The notes below the pieces were generated by a model. The model did not search any database, was not told where the DNA came from, and saw only the letters and a list, made by a program, of their open reading frames with translations. 64,000 nt of DNA from the NCBI GenBank assembly GCA_965248435.1, contig OZ252100.1:4608001-4672000 (forward strand), read 5' to 3'. This document shows, piece after piece, positions 18,901-28,283 of the stretch (positions are counted from its first letter, which is position 1; the number at the start of each line of letters is the position of its first letter). A program made the position numbers and the translations under genes. Origin of the DNA: Candidatus Latescibacterota bacterium (GTDB taxonomy: Bacteria; Latescibacterota; UBA2968; GCA-2709665).

Positions 18901-19096
18901 CATTTCGTCCGGTGTATCAATTTGACACCAGCGATTAGAAGGCTTTAGCGCAGAGTGCCGCCGCTAATAGGCGATTATATCGGTTGCGCTATCCTATGTA
19001 TCGTGAGCAACGCTGGATGACAACCTGACGAGTTCTTAAGGCAGCGTTCGCCACGCTTTACCAGGGCGGGTTGCTTGAAAGCAAAGGACGTCGGCT

Positions 19097-21802
19097 ATGA
19101 TTTACTTCCGAAAGTTCCTTCTGCCAACAATCGTGTTTCTCTTTGTGCTCGGCATTGGGGCCGCACTCCTGATCATCGTTGAACACGACCGGATCGGCGA
19201 ACTGCGCGAGGCGGTCAACGAGGTTGGCATTGGACAGGCCTACACGCTGCAGCGTCAACTGGATCGCTCGCTCTCTTCGACCGTTGCGCTTGCAGTGCTT
19301 TTGCGTCAAGACAATGAGCACAAGTTACACAACTTTGACGAACTCGCGGCCCACATGATCGAAAGCTACGGTGGTATCAGTAGCTTACAACTGGCGCCCG
19401 ATGGCATCGTTACCCGGATCTATCCGTTAGCAGGCAACGAGGCGGCGATAGGCCACGACCTGCTAAATGACCCTGGACGCCGGACTGAGGCCTTGGCGGC
19501 GATTGAATCGAGGAAGCTGACACTCGCCGGGCCGTTCGCCCTGATCCAGGGGGGCGTTGCTGTCATCGGTCGCCTGCCGGTTTTTGTCTCCGACGATGCC
19601 GGGGGAGAACGCTTCTGGGGGTTCACGATCGCCCTGATTGGCCTGTCCGACTTACTCGAAGCGAGTAAGTTAGGCAGGCTTGTGGAGCGTGGGTATGACT
19701 ACGAGCTTTCCCGGATTCATCCTGACAGCGGCGAGCGCGTCGTGCTTGATCGGTCATCGGAGGAGGATCTTCGGGAGCCACTCCAGTTCGAGATTGAGGT
19801 GCCGAATGGAATGTGGTCACTGTCCGTTGCGCCCAGAGCCGGATGGCGGCCGGAAACCATCTTCTCGCTGCAGGTGATTCTGGTGGTCTTTTGCGGCATG
19901 TTCTTTTCCCTTCTCACGTACGCCCTGCAGAATAGAGTTGCCGGACACCAACAGCAGGCAGAGGAAACTCAAAAGTACAAAGCGTATCTCTTACGGAATG
20001 TTTCTGATGCCGTTATTGCCACAGATATAGACCTCAGGGTAACAAGCTGGAATAGAGCGGCTGAAAAGATCTACGGCTGGCGTGAAGATGAAGTTATCGG
20101 TCGAGATATAGATGAAGTTTGTGCGACAGAATTTGTCGGTGTCGAGCAAGAGGCAGCTCAAAAACAGCTTCTTGATACCGGTGAATGGCGAGGCGAGGTT
20201 ACTCAGAAAGGCAGAAACTCCGAAACGATCTACGTCATGGCATCGGTATCGTTGCTGAAAGACGCACGTGGAAATCCAAGTGGTGGGGTCACGGTAAATC
20301 GTGACATCACCGAGCGCAAGCAAGCAGAAGAAGCCCTTCAGAAAGCGCACGATGAACTGGAAGCAAAGGTCGAGGAACGAACCGCAGAACTGCACGCTGC
20401 CTACCGCTCTGTCGAGGAACGCGAGGCGATCACACGGACGCTCCTCGATGCACCGGCCGATGCCATCGTGCTTGTGGACAGGGCAGGGAACATCGTCGAT
20501 GCAAACCAGACAGTGGCTGACCGATTCGGAATGAGGTTGTGCGATATTCTTGGTGGCAGTATCTGGGATCTGGTGCCGGCGGACGTGGCCGCCAGTCGGA
20601 TCAAGTACATGGAGCAGACGCTCCAATCGTGCGAACCGGTGCGGTGGGAGGATGAGCTGGCAGGGATGTGGTTCGACAACGCCATGTATCCCATCCTTGG
20701 TGCAGAGGGAGAGGTGTTGATGATCGCCCTCTTGGCCCGGGACATCAGCGAGCGCAGAAAGATGGAGGAGGACCTCCGGACCAAAGATCTGGCTATCGAA
20801 TCCGCCATCAACGGCATCGGGATAGCGGACATGAATGGGATGGTCACCTACGTAAACGACGCCGTAGTGAAGATGTGGGGATATGATGATGGCAAGGAGA
20901 TCATAGGACGCGCGATTACGGAGTTCTGGGAGGGCGAGCGGATCTACGAGACGCTTCGAGCGCTCAACGAGGAAGGCGGCAGGATCGGCGAGGATACCGG
21001 GAAGCGTAGGGATGGTTCTCTGTTTCCAGTCGAGTTTTCTGCCACCGTGATCAGGGATGACACAGGAAAGCCGCTCTGCATGTTCGGCTCATTCATCGAC
21101 ATCACGGCCCGCAAGCGGACCGAGGCTACTTTGAAGGAAACCCAGCGACAGCTGCACGCGCTTGCTGCGCACCTTCACTCCGTTCAGGAACAGGAGCGGC
21201 GGACCATTGCGAGAGAAATGCACGATGAGCTCGGGCAGATACTGACCTCGGCGAAGATCGATCTCAGGATGATCTCCAGTGATCTCGCGGACGAGTCAGT
21301 GGAACGGGAGCAGCTGATACCTGAGATCGAGACCGTGCTCCAGCATCTGGATTCGACGATAAAGCAAACAAGAACGCTTGTCACGCAGCTGAGGCCGAAG
21401 ATTCTGGATGATCTGGGACTCCTGCCGGCGATCGAATGGCAGCTGGACGAGTTCGGTCGTCGCACCTCGCTTCAGTGCTCACTGACTTCGATGCTGGAGC
21501 AAGTGGACCTCGATGTGGAACGGGCGACCCCTGTCTTCAGGATCTTCCAAGAGGCTTTGACGAACATCGCACGGCACGCACAAGCGACGGAAGTCCGGGT
21601 TATCCTGGACAGCGACGATGGGAAGATGCGACTGGAGATTACCGACAACGGCGTCGGATTCGAAGAGGACAAACGGGGCGGCGAACTGACCTTCGGCCTG
21701 CTCGGCATGAAAGAACGTGCTTCGATGTTGAGTGGAGATCTGGAGATTATCAGCCGTGGAGGCGAAGGAACGACCGTTCGGCTGACAGTCCCCATCCCGT
21801 AG
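19097..21802 (+). CDS. CHASE + 3xPAS sensor histidine kinase (HisKA_3, NarX/UhpB type)
   Basis: TM-CHASE (YPLAGNEAAIGHDL..GPFALIQGG)-TM, three PAS/PAC, ERRTIAREMHDELGQ, QEALTNIARHA, DNGVGF, GLLGMKER. Confidence 0.92.
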   Translation: MIYFRKFLLPTIVFLFVLGIGAALLIIVEHDRIGELREAVNEVGIGQAYTLQRQLDRSLSSTVALAVLLRQDNEHKLHNFDELAAHMIESYGGISSLQLAPDGIVTRIYPLAGNEAAIGHDLLNDPGRRTEALAAIESRKLTLAGPFALIQGGVAVIGRLPVFVSDDAGGERFWGFTIALIGLSDLLEASKLGRLVERGYDYELSRIHPDSGERVVLDRSSEEDLREPLQFEIEVPNGMWSLSVAPRAGWRPETIFSLQVILVVFCGMFFSLLTYALQNRVAGHQQQAEETQKYKAYLLRNVSDAVIATDIDLRVTSWNRAAEKIYGWREDEVIGRDIDEVCATEFVGVEQEAAQKQLLDTGEWRGEVTQKGRNSETIYVMASVSLLKDARGNPSGGVTVNRDITERKQAEEALQKAHDELEAKVEERTAELHAAYRSVEEREAITRTLLDAPADAIVLVDRAGNIVDANQTVADRFGMRLCDILGGSIWDLVPADVAASRIKYMEQTLQSCEPVRWEDELAGMWFDNAMYPILGAEGEVLMIALLARDISERRKMEEDLRTKDLAIESAINGIGIADMNGMVTYVNDAVVKMWGYDDGKEIIGRAITEFWEGERIYETLRALNEEGGRIGEDTGKRRDGSLFPVEFSATVIRDDTGKPLCMFGSFIDITARKRTEATLKETQRQLHALAAHLHSVQEQERRTIAREMHDELGQILTSAKIDLRMISSDLADESVEREQLIPEIETVLQHLDSTIKQTRTLVTQLRPKILDDLGLLPAIEWQLDEFGRRTSLQCSLTSMLEQVDLDVERATPVFRIFQEALTNIARHAQATEVRVILDSDDGKMRLEITDNGVGFEEDKRGGELTFGLLGMKERASMLSGDLEIISRGGEGTTVRLTVPIP

Positions 21803-21916
21803 CCGCCCAGGCGGGCCTCTTAGGCATCTGTAACCTCGCAGATTGCAGAGGCGGCTGCTGCGGCTCAAAGTCGCAGAATAACCAGGAACCACTGAACGAC
21901 GCAGGAGAAATCAGCA

Positions 21917-22549
21917 ATGATCCGGACTCTGATCGCCGATGACCACGTACTGATCCGCGAGGGATTCAAAAAGCTGATCGGCAAGGAGCCGGGCATGTCG
22001 GTGGTGGCTGAGTGCGCGAATGGGTCCGAGGTTCTCGGGGCGGTCGAAAGGACCGGCTGCGATGTGGTCGTGCTGGATCTCAACATGCCCGGCAAGAACG
22101 GCCTGGATGTGCTCGCAGAACTCAGGAACGTGAGCCGGTCGCCAAAGGTCATTGTCCTGAGCATTTCCCCTGAAGAGCAGTTTGGCGTGAGGGTGATGAA
22201 GGCGGGTGCCTGGGGCTACCTGACCAAGGAGAGCGCACCGGAGGAGTTGCTTAATGCAATCCGAAAAGTCAGCAGTGGTCACAAGTATGTCAGCGAGGGG
22301 CTGGCCGAGAGGATGGCGTTCGATCTGGCCGGGCAGTCGGACGCAAAGCTGCACGAGAGGCTCTCGGACAGAGAGTTCCAGGTGCTTCGGTTGCTCGGCG
22401 CGGGAAAGACGACGGCGGAGATAGGCGAGCAGCTGTCGTTGAGCATTAACACGATCAACACCTACCGCAAGCGGATCCAGGAGAAGACGGGATTGCGTTC
22501 GAACGGAGAGATGGTGAGATACGCGGTGGAGAACGGACTGGTAGATTAG
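21917..22549 (+). CDS. NarL/UvrY-family DNA-binding response regulator
   Basis: IADDH, LDLNMPG, GYLTK, LSDREFQV LuxR HTH. Confidence 0.93.
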   Translation: MIRTLIADDHVLIREGFKKLIGKEPGMSVVAECANGSEVLGAVERTGCDVVVLDLNMPGKNGLDVLAELRNVSRSPKVIVLSISPEEQFGVRVMKAGAWGYLTKESAPEELLNAIRKVSSGHKYVSEGLAERMAFDLAGQSDAKLHERLSDREFQVLRLLGAGKTTAEIGEQLSLSINTINTYRKRIQEKTGLRSNGEMVRYAVENGLVD

Positions 22550-22920
22550 GCTAAGGCGAGTATCGCGCAAGGGCGCGAATGATCGGAAAGGAGAGCCACG
22601 ACATGCAGAGCGTGAAGAGGTAAGTTGGGGTTAATGAGGTAACGCGAGAAGGCCAAGGTCGAGGGCGCTGGATGAGTTCCGGCGCTTTTCTTGTGCCAGC
22701 GTGCTGGTAGGACTTCCAGGAGCGGGATCGGCAGTATGATCCTGCTCCTTTTTTCGTGCCTGCAAGCCTGTCACAGATCGTGTGACAGTAGAATCAACGT
22801 TTTGGTGACTGCAGAATCGACACTCCGGTGACAGTTGCTGCACGTTGGAAGCGATATCTTTGTCGGAGCTCGTAGACCGAGGTTTGGCTCTATGCGTTGG
22901 ACACGCGGACAGGAGGCAGG

Positions 22921-23283
22921 ATGAAGGTGCTCGTCGCGGAAGATTCCACGACCGTCCTCAGGAGTATGATCAGGGTAATCCTCCTGATGGACGGTGTCGA
23001 GATCGTGGGGCGGGCTCGGACCGCCTCGGAGGGCATTGCGCTCACGGACGATATGAGGCCAGACGTGGTCGTGCTGTCGATTTCGTTGTCGCAGGGATCC
23101 GGGTTCGACGTGCTGAGGCACATACGAGAGAAGAAGATGGCGACGCACGTGATCCTGCTTGCAGACAGCGTGTCCGAGCAGTACAGGCACAAGGGCCTGA
23201 AGGAGGGCGCTGACATGGTGTTCGACAAGGCTACGGAGATCGACAAGATTGTGGAAGCTGTCGGGCTGCAGTTGGACGTGTAG
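22921..23283 (+). CDS. stand-alone receiver domain lacking the phospho-Asp
   Basis: AGGAGG RBS; VAEDS...RPDVVVLSISL (Ser at the acceptor Asp position)...VFDK. Confidence 0.8.
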   Translation: MKVLVAEDSTTVLRSMIRVILLMDGVEIVGRARTASEGIALTDDMRPDVVVLSISLSQGSGFDVLRHIREKKMATHVILLADSVSEQYRHKGLKEGADMVFDKATEIDKIVEAVGLQLDV

Positions 23284-23322
23284 AGGTGAGGACCCCAGCA
23301 TGCTCATTCGCCGAGGAGAGCA

Positions 23323-24696
23323 GTGGATTCCGGAGCTCGGCTCACGTCGGCCAGGTGGACACCATTCTTCCGGTTTGGCCGCGGTGTAGAAACCGATAAG
23401 GAGACCGTCTTGGAGCGATTCAGCAGCATTGCCTCCGCTGCTTTGATCGTGCTTCTAGTATGCAGCGTTGCGGTGTCCGCTGAGCCTGCGGCCGAGACGG
23501 TGACGGTTCAGCTCAAGTGGTCCCACCACTTCCAATTCGCAGGCTTCTACGCCGCCGTGGAGAAGGGCTTCTATGCCGAGGAAGGGCTGGAGGTCACACT
23601 CAGGGAACGAGATTCAGAGAAGAGCCACATCCAGTCGGTCCTCCATGGAGAAGCCCAGTACGGTGTGGCAGATGCCGGGCTGCTCTTGGACTATCTGCAG
23701 GGAGAGGACGTTGTCCTCCTCAAACAGATCTTTCAGCACTCGCCCCTGGTTCTGCTCTCACTGAAGAATTCGGGTATTGCGGCTGCGCACGATCTGGTGG
23801 GCCGGACGGTGATGGTGGATATCGAAGGTCGCAGCAGCGCCCCGATTCTGGCTATGCTGCTCAACACGATGGGCGACATTGGCCAGGTCCAGTTTGTGCC
23901 GCAGTCGTTCAGTCTGGAGGACCTGACCTCCGGCGGATTCGACCCTGATGCCGTGCGCTTCGATCCGGCGTCGGTCCTAGTAGTGGATGACGTGGAAGCC
24001 AACCGTCAACTGGTGAGCGCGTTCCTCTCGCCCTACGGTCTTGCCGTGATGGAAGCGGCAGACGGTGAGGAAGGTGTGGAGCAGACCCGGACGCATCGTC
24101 CGAACCTGGTTCTGATGGATATCCGCATGTCGGGGATGGACGGGCTGACCGCCACGCGTGTGCTGAAGGAAGATGGTGAGACAGCGGACATCCCGATCGT
24201 GGCCCTGACGGCGTCCGTGATGAAAGAGGACGAGGACGAGATCCGGGAAGGCTTCGACGGGTTCCTTCGGAAGCCTGTCAACCGTGCGGCGTTGATGGCT
24301 GAACTGGCGCGCTTCCTTCCCCACGAGATGAAGGAGACCCTCAGCCCGGAGCCTGCAGTGCCGACCGAAGAAGCGTGGGAGCCCGGACTCCTGGATGAGG
24401 CGTCGTTGACGAAGCTGACCGGTCTCGTGGAAGCGCTCGAGTCCGACGTTCTACCGGTCTGGGAGGGCGTTCGGGGAACCGCCAACGTGACGGCTGTGGA
24501 GGAGTTCGCGGAGCTGTTGGCGCGGGTGGTGGACGGGACGCTGTTCCCTCCGCTCCAGAGCTGGACGGAGAAGCTGAAGGGACAGGCGGCTGGCTTCCAA
24601 ATGGATCTCCTGCCGCAGACACTCGAGGAGTTTCCGAATCTGGTCGCCGATCTGAAGCAGATCGCGACGGCAGGCGCCCGGAAGCTTGAAGCATGA
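23323..24696 (+). CDS. chimeric NMT1/THI5-like binding-domain fragment fused to REC + C-terminal helical domain (deletion derivative of a hybrid kinase)
   Basis: QLKWSHHFQFAGFYAAVEKGFY..IFQHSP N-terminus joined directly to a REC nearly identical to 27429-28150; start codon uncertain. Confidence 0.75.
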   Translation: MDSGARLTSARWTPFFRFGRGVETDKETVLERFSSIASAALIVLLVCSVAVSAEPAAETVTVQLKWSHHFQFAGFYAAVEKGFYAEEGLEVTLRERDSEKSHIQSVLHGEAQYGVADAGLLLDYLQGEDVVLLKQIFQHSPLVLLSLKNSGIAAAHDLVGRTVMVDIEGRSSAPILAMLLNTMGDIGQVQFVPQSFSLEDLTSGGFDPDAVRFDPASVLVVDDVEANRQLVSAFLSPYGLAVMEAADGEEGVEQTRTHRPNLVLMDIRMSGMDGLTATRVLKEDGETADIPIVALTASVMKEDEDEIREGFDGFLRKPVNRAALMAELARFLPHEMKETLSPEPAVPTEEAWEPGLLDEASLTKLTGLVEALESDVLPVWEGVRGTANVTAVEEFAELLARVVDGTLFPPLQSWTEKLKGQAAGFQMDLLPQTLEEFPNLVADLKQIATAGARKLEA

Positions 24697-24773
24697 CCGG
24701 ACTTCCGAGTCGGCTCCGTCAACAGGATGCCGGTTTGACACAACCCAGCGAGTCTGTTTAACACTCTGGAGGA

Positions 24774-27700
24774 ATGGGTAGGGTGAGGAACTTCGTGCCA
24801 ATACACAGAAACCTGCCGATGAGCCTGTGCATCATTCTACGGCACCTGAGTCTTGCCTCGCTTGCGTTGCTAGGCACAAGGGGACTCGCCGATGCGCAGT
24901 CGCCGTCACCGGTCCAGGTGAAAGGCGCGTACGTTCTCAATTTCCTGAAGTACGTCGAATGGAAAGACGAGGGTTCGGTGTCTCGCTTTGTTGTGGGCAT
25001 GTACGGAGAGGACGAGGCACTCTACCGCGAGCTTTCCACGGCACTTCCCAAGATGAAGGCAAAACAGAAGGGAATCCAGGTCGTACAGGTGTCGGATATC
25101 GAGCAGGCGAAGTCGGTGCATCTGCTGATGGTGGCCGGGTCTGAAAACACCGACATCAGAGCGATCGCAAATGGCGTTCGCCGCACGAATACGCTGCTGG
25201 TGACAGACAACTGCGGCGACAAGCAGTCGATCATGATCAACCTCACCGCCTTCGGAGGGGATCGGATTGGGTTCGAAGTCAACAAACCCAACATCGTGTA
25301 CGAGGGGCTGAAACTATCTCCGGACATCCTGTTCCTGGGGGGTACCGAACTGGATGTGGCCGAGCTCTACCGCGAAATGGAGGCCTCCCTTCAGAATACA
25401 CGGGAAACGGTAGGGGTTCAGCAAGCCGAACTGGAGAGACAGCGAGACGAAATTGAGGAGCGAGGTCGAGAGATTGAGACTCAGAACGCCCGCCTGGCGA
25501 AACAGAACCGTGAGATCGAGGAGAAGCAAGCGTTGTTGGGTAGCCTTGAGAAGCGGCTCGCGGATGAACGTTCTGTGCTCAGAGCGAACCAGAGCCGAAT
25601 GGAGGCGTATGAATCTGAACTGAGGTCCAAGCTGAATACGCTGGCGGCGAGAGAGATCCAGGTGGAAACCCTGGCCGCTGAGATCAATGCCAACAGGGAG
25701 GTGCTTGAGAAGCAGAGGGGGCAGATTAGCGCCCAGGCGGAGCAGATCGAACAGCAGCAAGAGAACCTGGAGACACAGGACTCGACCATACAAAGACAGG
25801 AAGCGCTGCTACTGGGCGGAGGCATCATCCTGCTTCTGGTGATAACTCTGGGTGGGGTGATCTCCTGGGGCTACAGGCTTAACCGAAAGACTTCCGCAGC
25901 GCTCAGGCAGAGCGAGGCCGACTTCAGATCCCTCGTCCTCAACACTCCCGGGGTCGTCTACCGCTGTGCCCTGGATGAGCACTGGACCATGATGTACATG
26001 AGCGACCGCATCGAGGACCTTTCTGGTTATCCCAGCTCAGACTTCATCGGAAACGAAGCGCGTTCTTTCGCAAGCATCATTGCTCCTGAAGATGTGGAGA
26101 TGGTCGATCGCGTCGTCCAGGAAGGGGTCGAGCGGAGGCAGCCCTACATCATAGAGTATCGCATTCAACACCGGGATGGTTCTCTGCGATGGGTCTATGA
26201 ACAGGGAAGCGCCGTGTTCGAGGAGAAAGGGGATGTCAGTTATCTGGACGGTTTCATCATGGACATCACGGAGCGTAAGGAGAAGGATCGGTTTCTGCGG
26301 TTTGCGACGCACGCCATGGACAATAGCGCGGATATCGCGCTCTGGCTCGACGCTGATACTGCGCAGTTACGATTCGTCAACAAGGCTGCGTGCGAGCAGC
26401 TTGGGTATACCAAAGAAGAACTCCTCGAACTCACCATTCCCGACATCGACCCGTTGTTCCCCCAAGAGCGGTGGCCGGCATTCTCTAGTTCCCTCCGCGA
26501 ACAGGGCTTCATGCAGTTCGAGACGCAACAGCAAAGAAAAAACGGGGAGATCTATCCGGCCGAGGTGACGGTCAGTTCGGTGGACTTCGAACGGGTAACT
26601 TACTTCATATCCTTCTCCCGTGACATTACAGACCGCAAGAAGGCCGATGCAGAGCTTCTTGCCGCGAAAGAGGCGGCTGATGAGGCCAACAGCGCCAAGA
26701 GCATGTTTCTTGCCAACATGTCGCACGAGATCCGCACGCCCATGAACGCCGTGCTTGGATTCTCAGAAGTGCTGCGCACACTCGTCAAGGGAGAGCAGGA
26801 GAAGCAGTATCTGGATTCTATCCAGTCGAGCGGGAAGGCCTTGCTTGGATTGATCAACGACATCCTGGATCTGTCGAAGGTGGAGGCCGGCAAGCTCGAG
26901 CTGGAATACGCGGCCGTGGACGCGCCCGCGGTGTTCCAGGATATGGAGGCCGTGTTCGGCCAGCGCATGGACGAGAAAGGGCTCACCTTCATCCTCGATC
27001 TGGATCCGGACCTGCGTAAGGCGCTGATCCTGGACGAGGTGAGGCTGCGCCAGGTCCTGATCAACCTGATCGGCAACGCGATCAAGTTCACGGAGGAGGG
27101 GCACGTCCGGCTGGCCGCTGCGGCCGTCTCGGAACGAGAAACCGGCAGCCGGATGGATCTTATGATCTCAGTCGAGGATACGGGGATCGGGATCCCGGAG
27201 GATCAGCAGGGAAAGATCTTCGGGGCGTTCGAGCAGACGGTGGGACAGAGCCATATCCGCTTCGGAGGAACGGGTCTGGGGCTGGCGATCACCAAGAGAC
27301 TGGTCGAATTGATGGGCGGTGAGATTTCCGTCGAAAGCCAGGTGGGCAAGGGAAGCACGTTCCACATTCGGCTGAAACATGTGGCCGTCGCTTCGGTGGA
27401 CGATTTGGCAGAGACGGACACGGGCATAGACCCGGATGCCTTGCAGTTCGATCCAGCGTCGGTCTTAGTCGTGGATGACGTGGAAGCCAACCGTCAACTG
27501 GTGAGCGCGTTCCTCTCGCCCTACGGTCTTGCCGTGATGGAAGCGGCGGACGGTGAGGAAGGTGTGGAGCAGACCCGGGCGCATCGTCCGAACCTGGTTC
27601 TGATGGATATCCGCATGTCGGGGATGGACGGGCTGACCGCGACGCGTGTGCTGAAGGAAGATGGTGAGACAGCGGACATCCCGATCGTGGCCCTGACGGC

Positions 27701-28193
27701 ATCCGTGATGAAGGAGGACGAGGACGAGATCCGGGAGAGCTTCGACGGCTTCCTCCGGAAGCCTGTCAACCGTGCGGCATTGATGGCTGAGCTGGCGCGC
27801 TTCCTTCCGCACGAGACGGCGGCGTCGATCAGTCCGGAGCCTGCCGCGTCCCCAGCGGCAGAAGTGTGGCAGCCGGAGGATCTGGATGGAGAATCGCTCG
27901 CGAAGCTGTCCGCTCTGGTGGACGTGCTGGAGTCCGACGTTCGGCCGGTCTGGGAGGGCGTTCGGGGAACCGCCAACGTGTCGGCTGTGGAGGAGTTCGC
28001 GGAGCTGTTGGGGCGGGTGGTGGACGGGACGCTGTTCCCTCCGCTCCAGAGCTGGACGGAGAAGCTGAAGGGACAGGCGGGTACCTTTCAGATGGACCTC
28101 CTGCCGCAAACCCTCGAGGAGTTCCCGGATCTGGTCGAGAATCTGAAGCAGGTCACAACACACACGACGGCAAAGGAGAAGCACGAAGGATGA
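24774..28193 (+). CDS. YfiR/DUF4154-domain hybrid histidine kinase (YfiR-coiled coil-TM-PAS-PAS-HisKA-HATPase-REC)
   Basis: VKGAYVLNFLKYVEW, LLVTD, MINL, IGFEVN..GLKLSPDIL YfiR; FLANMSHEIRTPMN; NAIKFT; GGTGLGL; LMDIRM; start uncertain. Confidence 0.9.
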   Translation: MGRVRNFVPIHRNLPMSLCIILRHLSLASLALLGTRGLADAQSPSPVQVKGAYVLNFLKYVEWKDEGSVSRFVVGMYGEDEALYRELSTALPKMKAKQKGIQVVQVSDIEQAKSVHLLMVAGSENTDIRAIANGVRRTNTLLVTDNCGDKQSIMINLTAFGGDRIGFEVNKPNIVYEGLKLSPDILFLGGTELDVAELYREMEASLQNTRETVGVQQAELERQRDEIEERGREIETQNARLAKQNREIEEKQALLGSLEKRLADERSVLRANQSRMEAYESELRSKLNTLAAREIQVETLAAEINANREVLEKQRGQISAQAEQIEQQQENLETQDSTIQRQEALLLGGGIILLLVITLGGVISWGYRLNRKTSAALRQSEADFRSLVLNTPGVVYRCALDEHWTMMYMSDRIEDLSGYPSSDFIGNEARSFASIIAPEDVEMVDRVVQEGVERRQPYIIEYRIQHRDGSLRWVYEQGSAVFEEKGDVSYLDGFIMDITERKEKDRFLRFATHAMDNSADIALWLDADTAQLRFVNKAACEQLGYTKEELLELTIPDIDPLFPQERWPAFSSSLREQGFMQFETQQQRKNGEIYPAEVTVSSVDFERVTYFISFSRDITDRKKADAELLAAKEAADEANSAKSMFLANMSHEIRTPMNAVLGFSEVLRTLVKGEQEKQYLDSIQSSGKALLGLINDILDLSKVEAGKLELEYAAVDAPAVFQDMEAVFGQRMDEKGLTFILDLDPDLRKALILDEVRLRQVLINLIGNAIKFTEEGHVRLAAAAVSERETGSRMDLMISVEDTGIGIPEDQQGKIFGAFEQTVGQSHIRFGGTGLGLAITKRLVELMGGEISVESQVGKGSTFHIRLKHVAVASVDDLAETDTGIDPDALQFDPASVLVVDDVEANRQLVSAFLSPYGLAVMEAADGEEGVEQTRAHRPNLVLMDIRMSGMDGLTATRVLKEDGETADIPIVALTASVMKEDEDEIRESFDGFLRKPVNRAALMAELARFLPHETAASISPEPAASPAAEVWQPEDLDGESLAKLSALVDVLESDVRPVWEGVRGTANVSAVEEFAELLGRVVDGTLFPPLQSWTEKLKGQAGTFQMDLLPQTLEEFPDLVENLKQVTTHTTAKEKHEG

Positions 28194-28283
28194 CGTTCCG
28201 TCGGGATACTCTGTATTCGGGAAGCACGAAACGTGTGTAGAGCTTCCTGAGAGCGTTCGACACACACAACGCGGAGATAGCTG

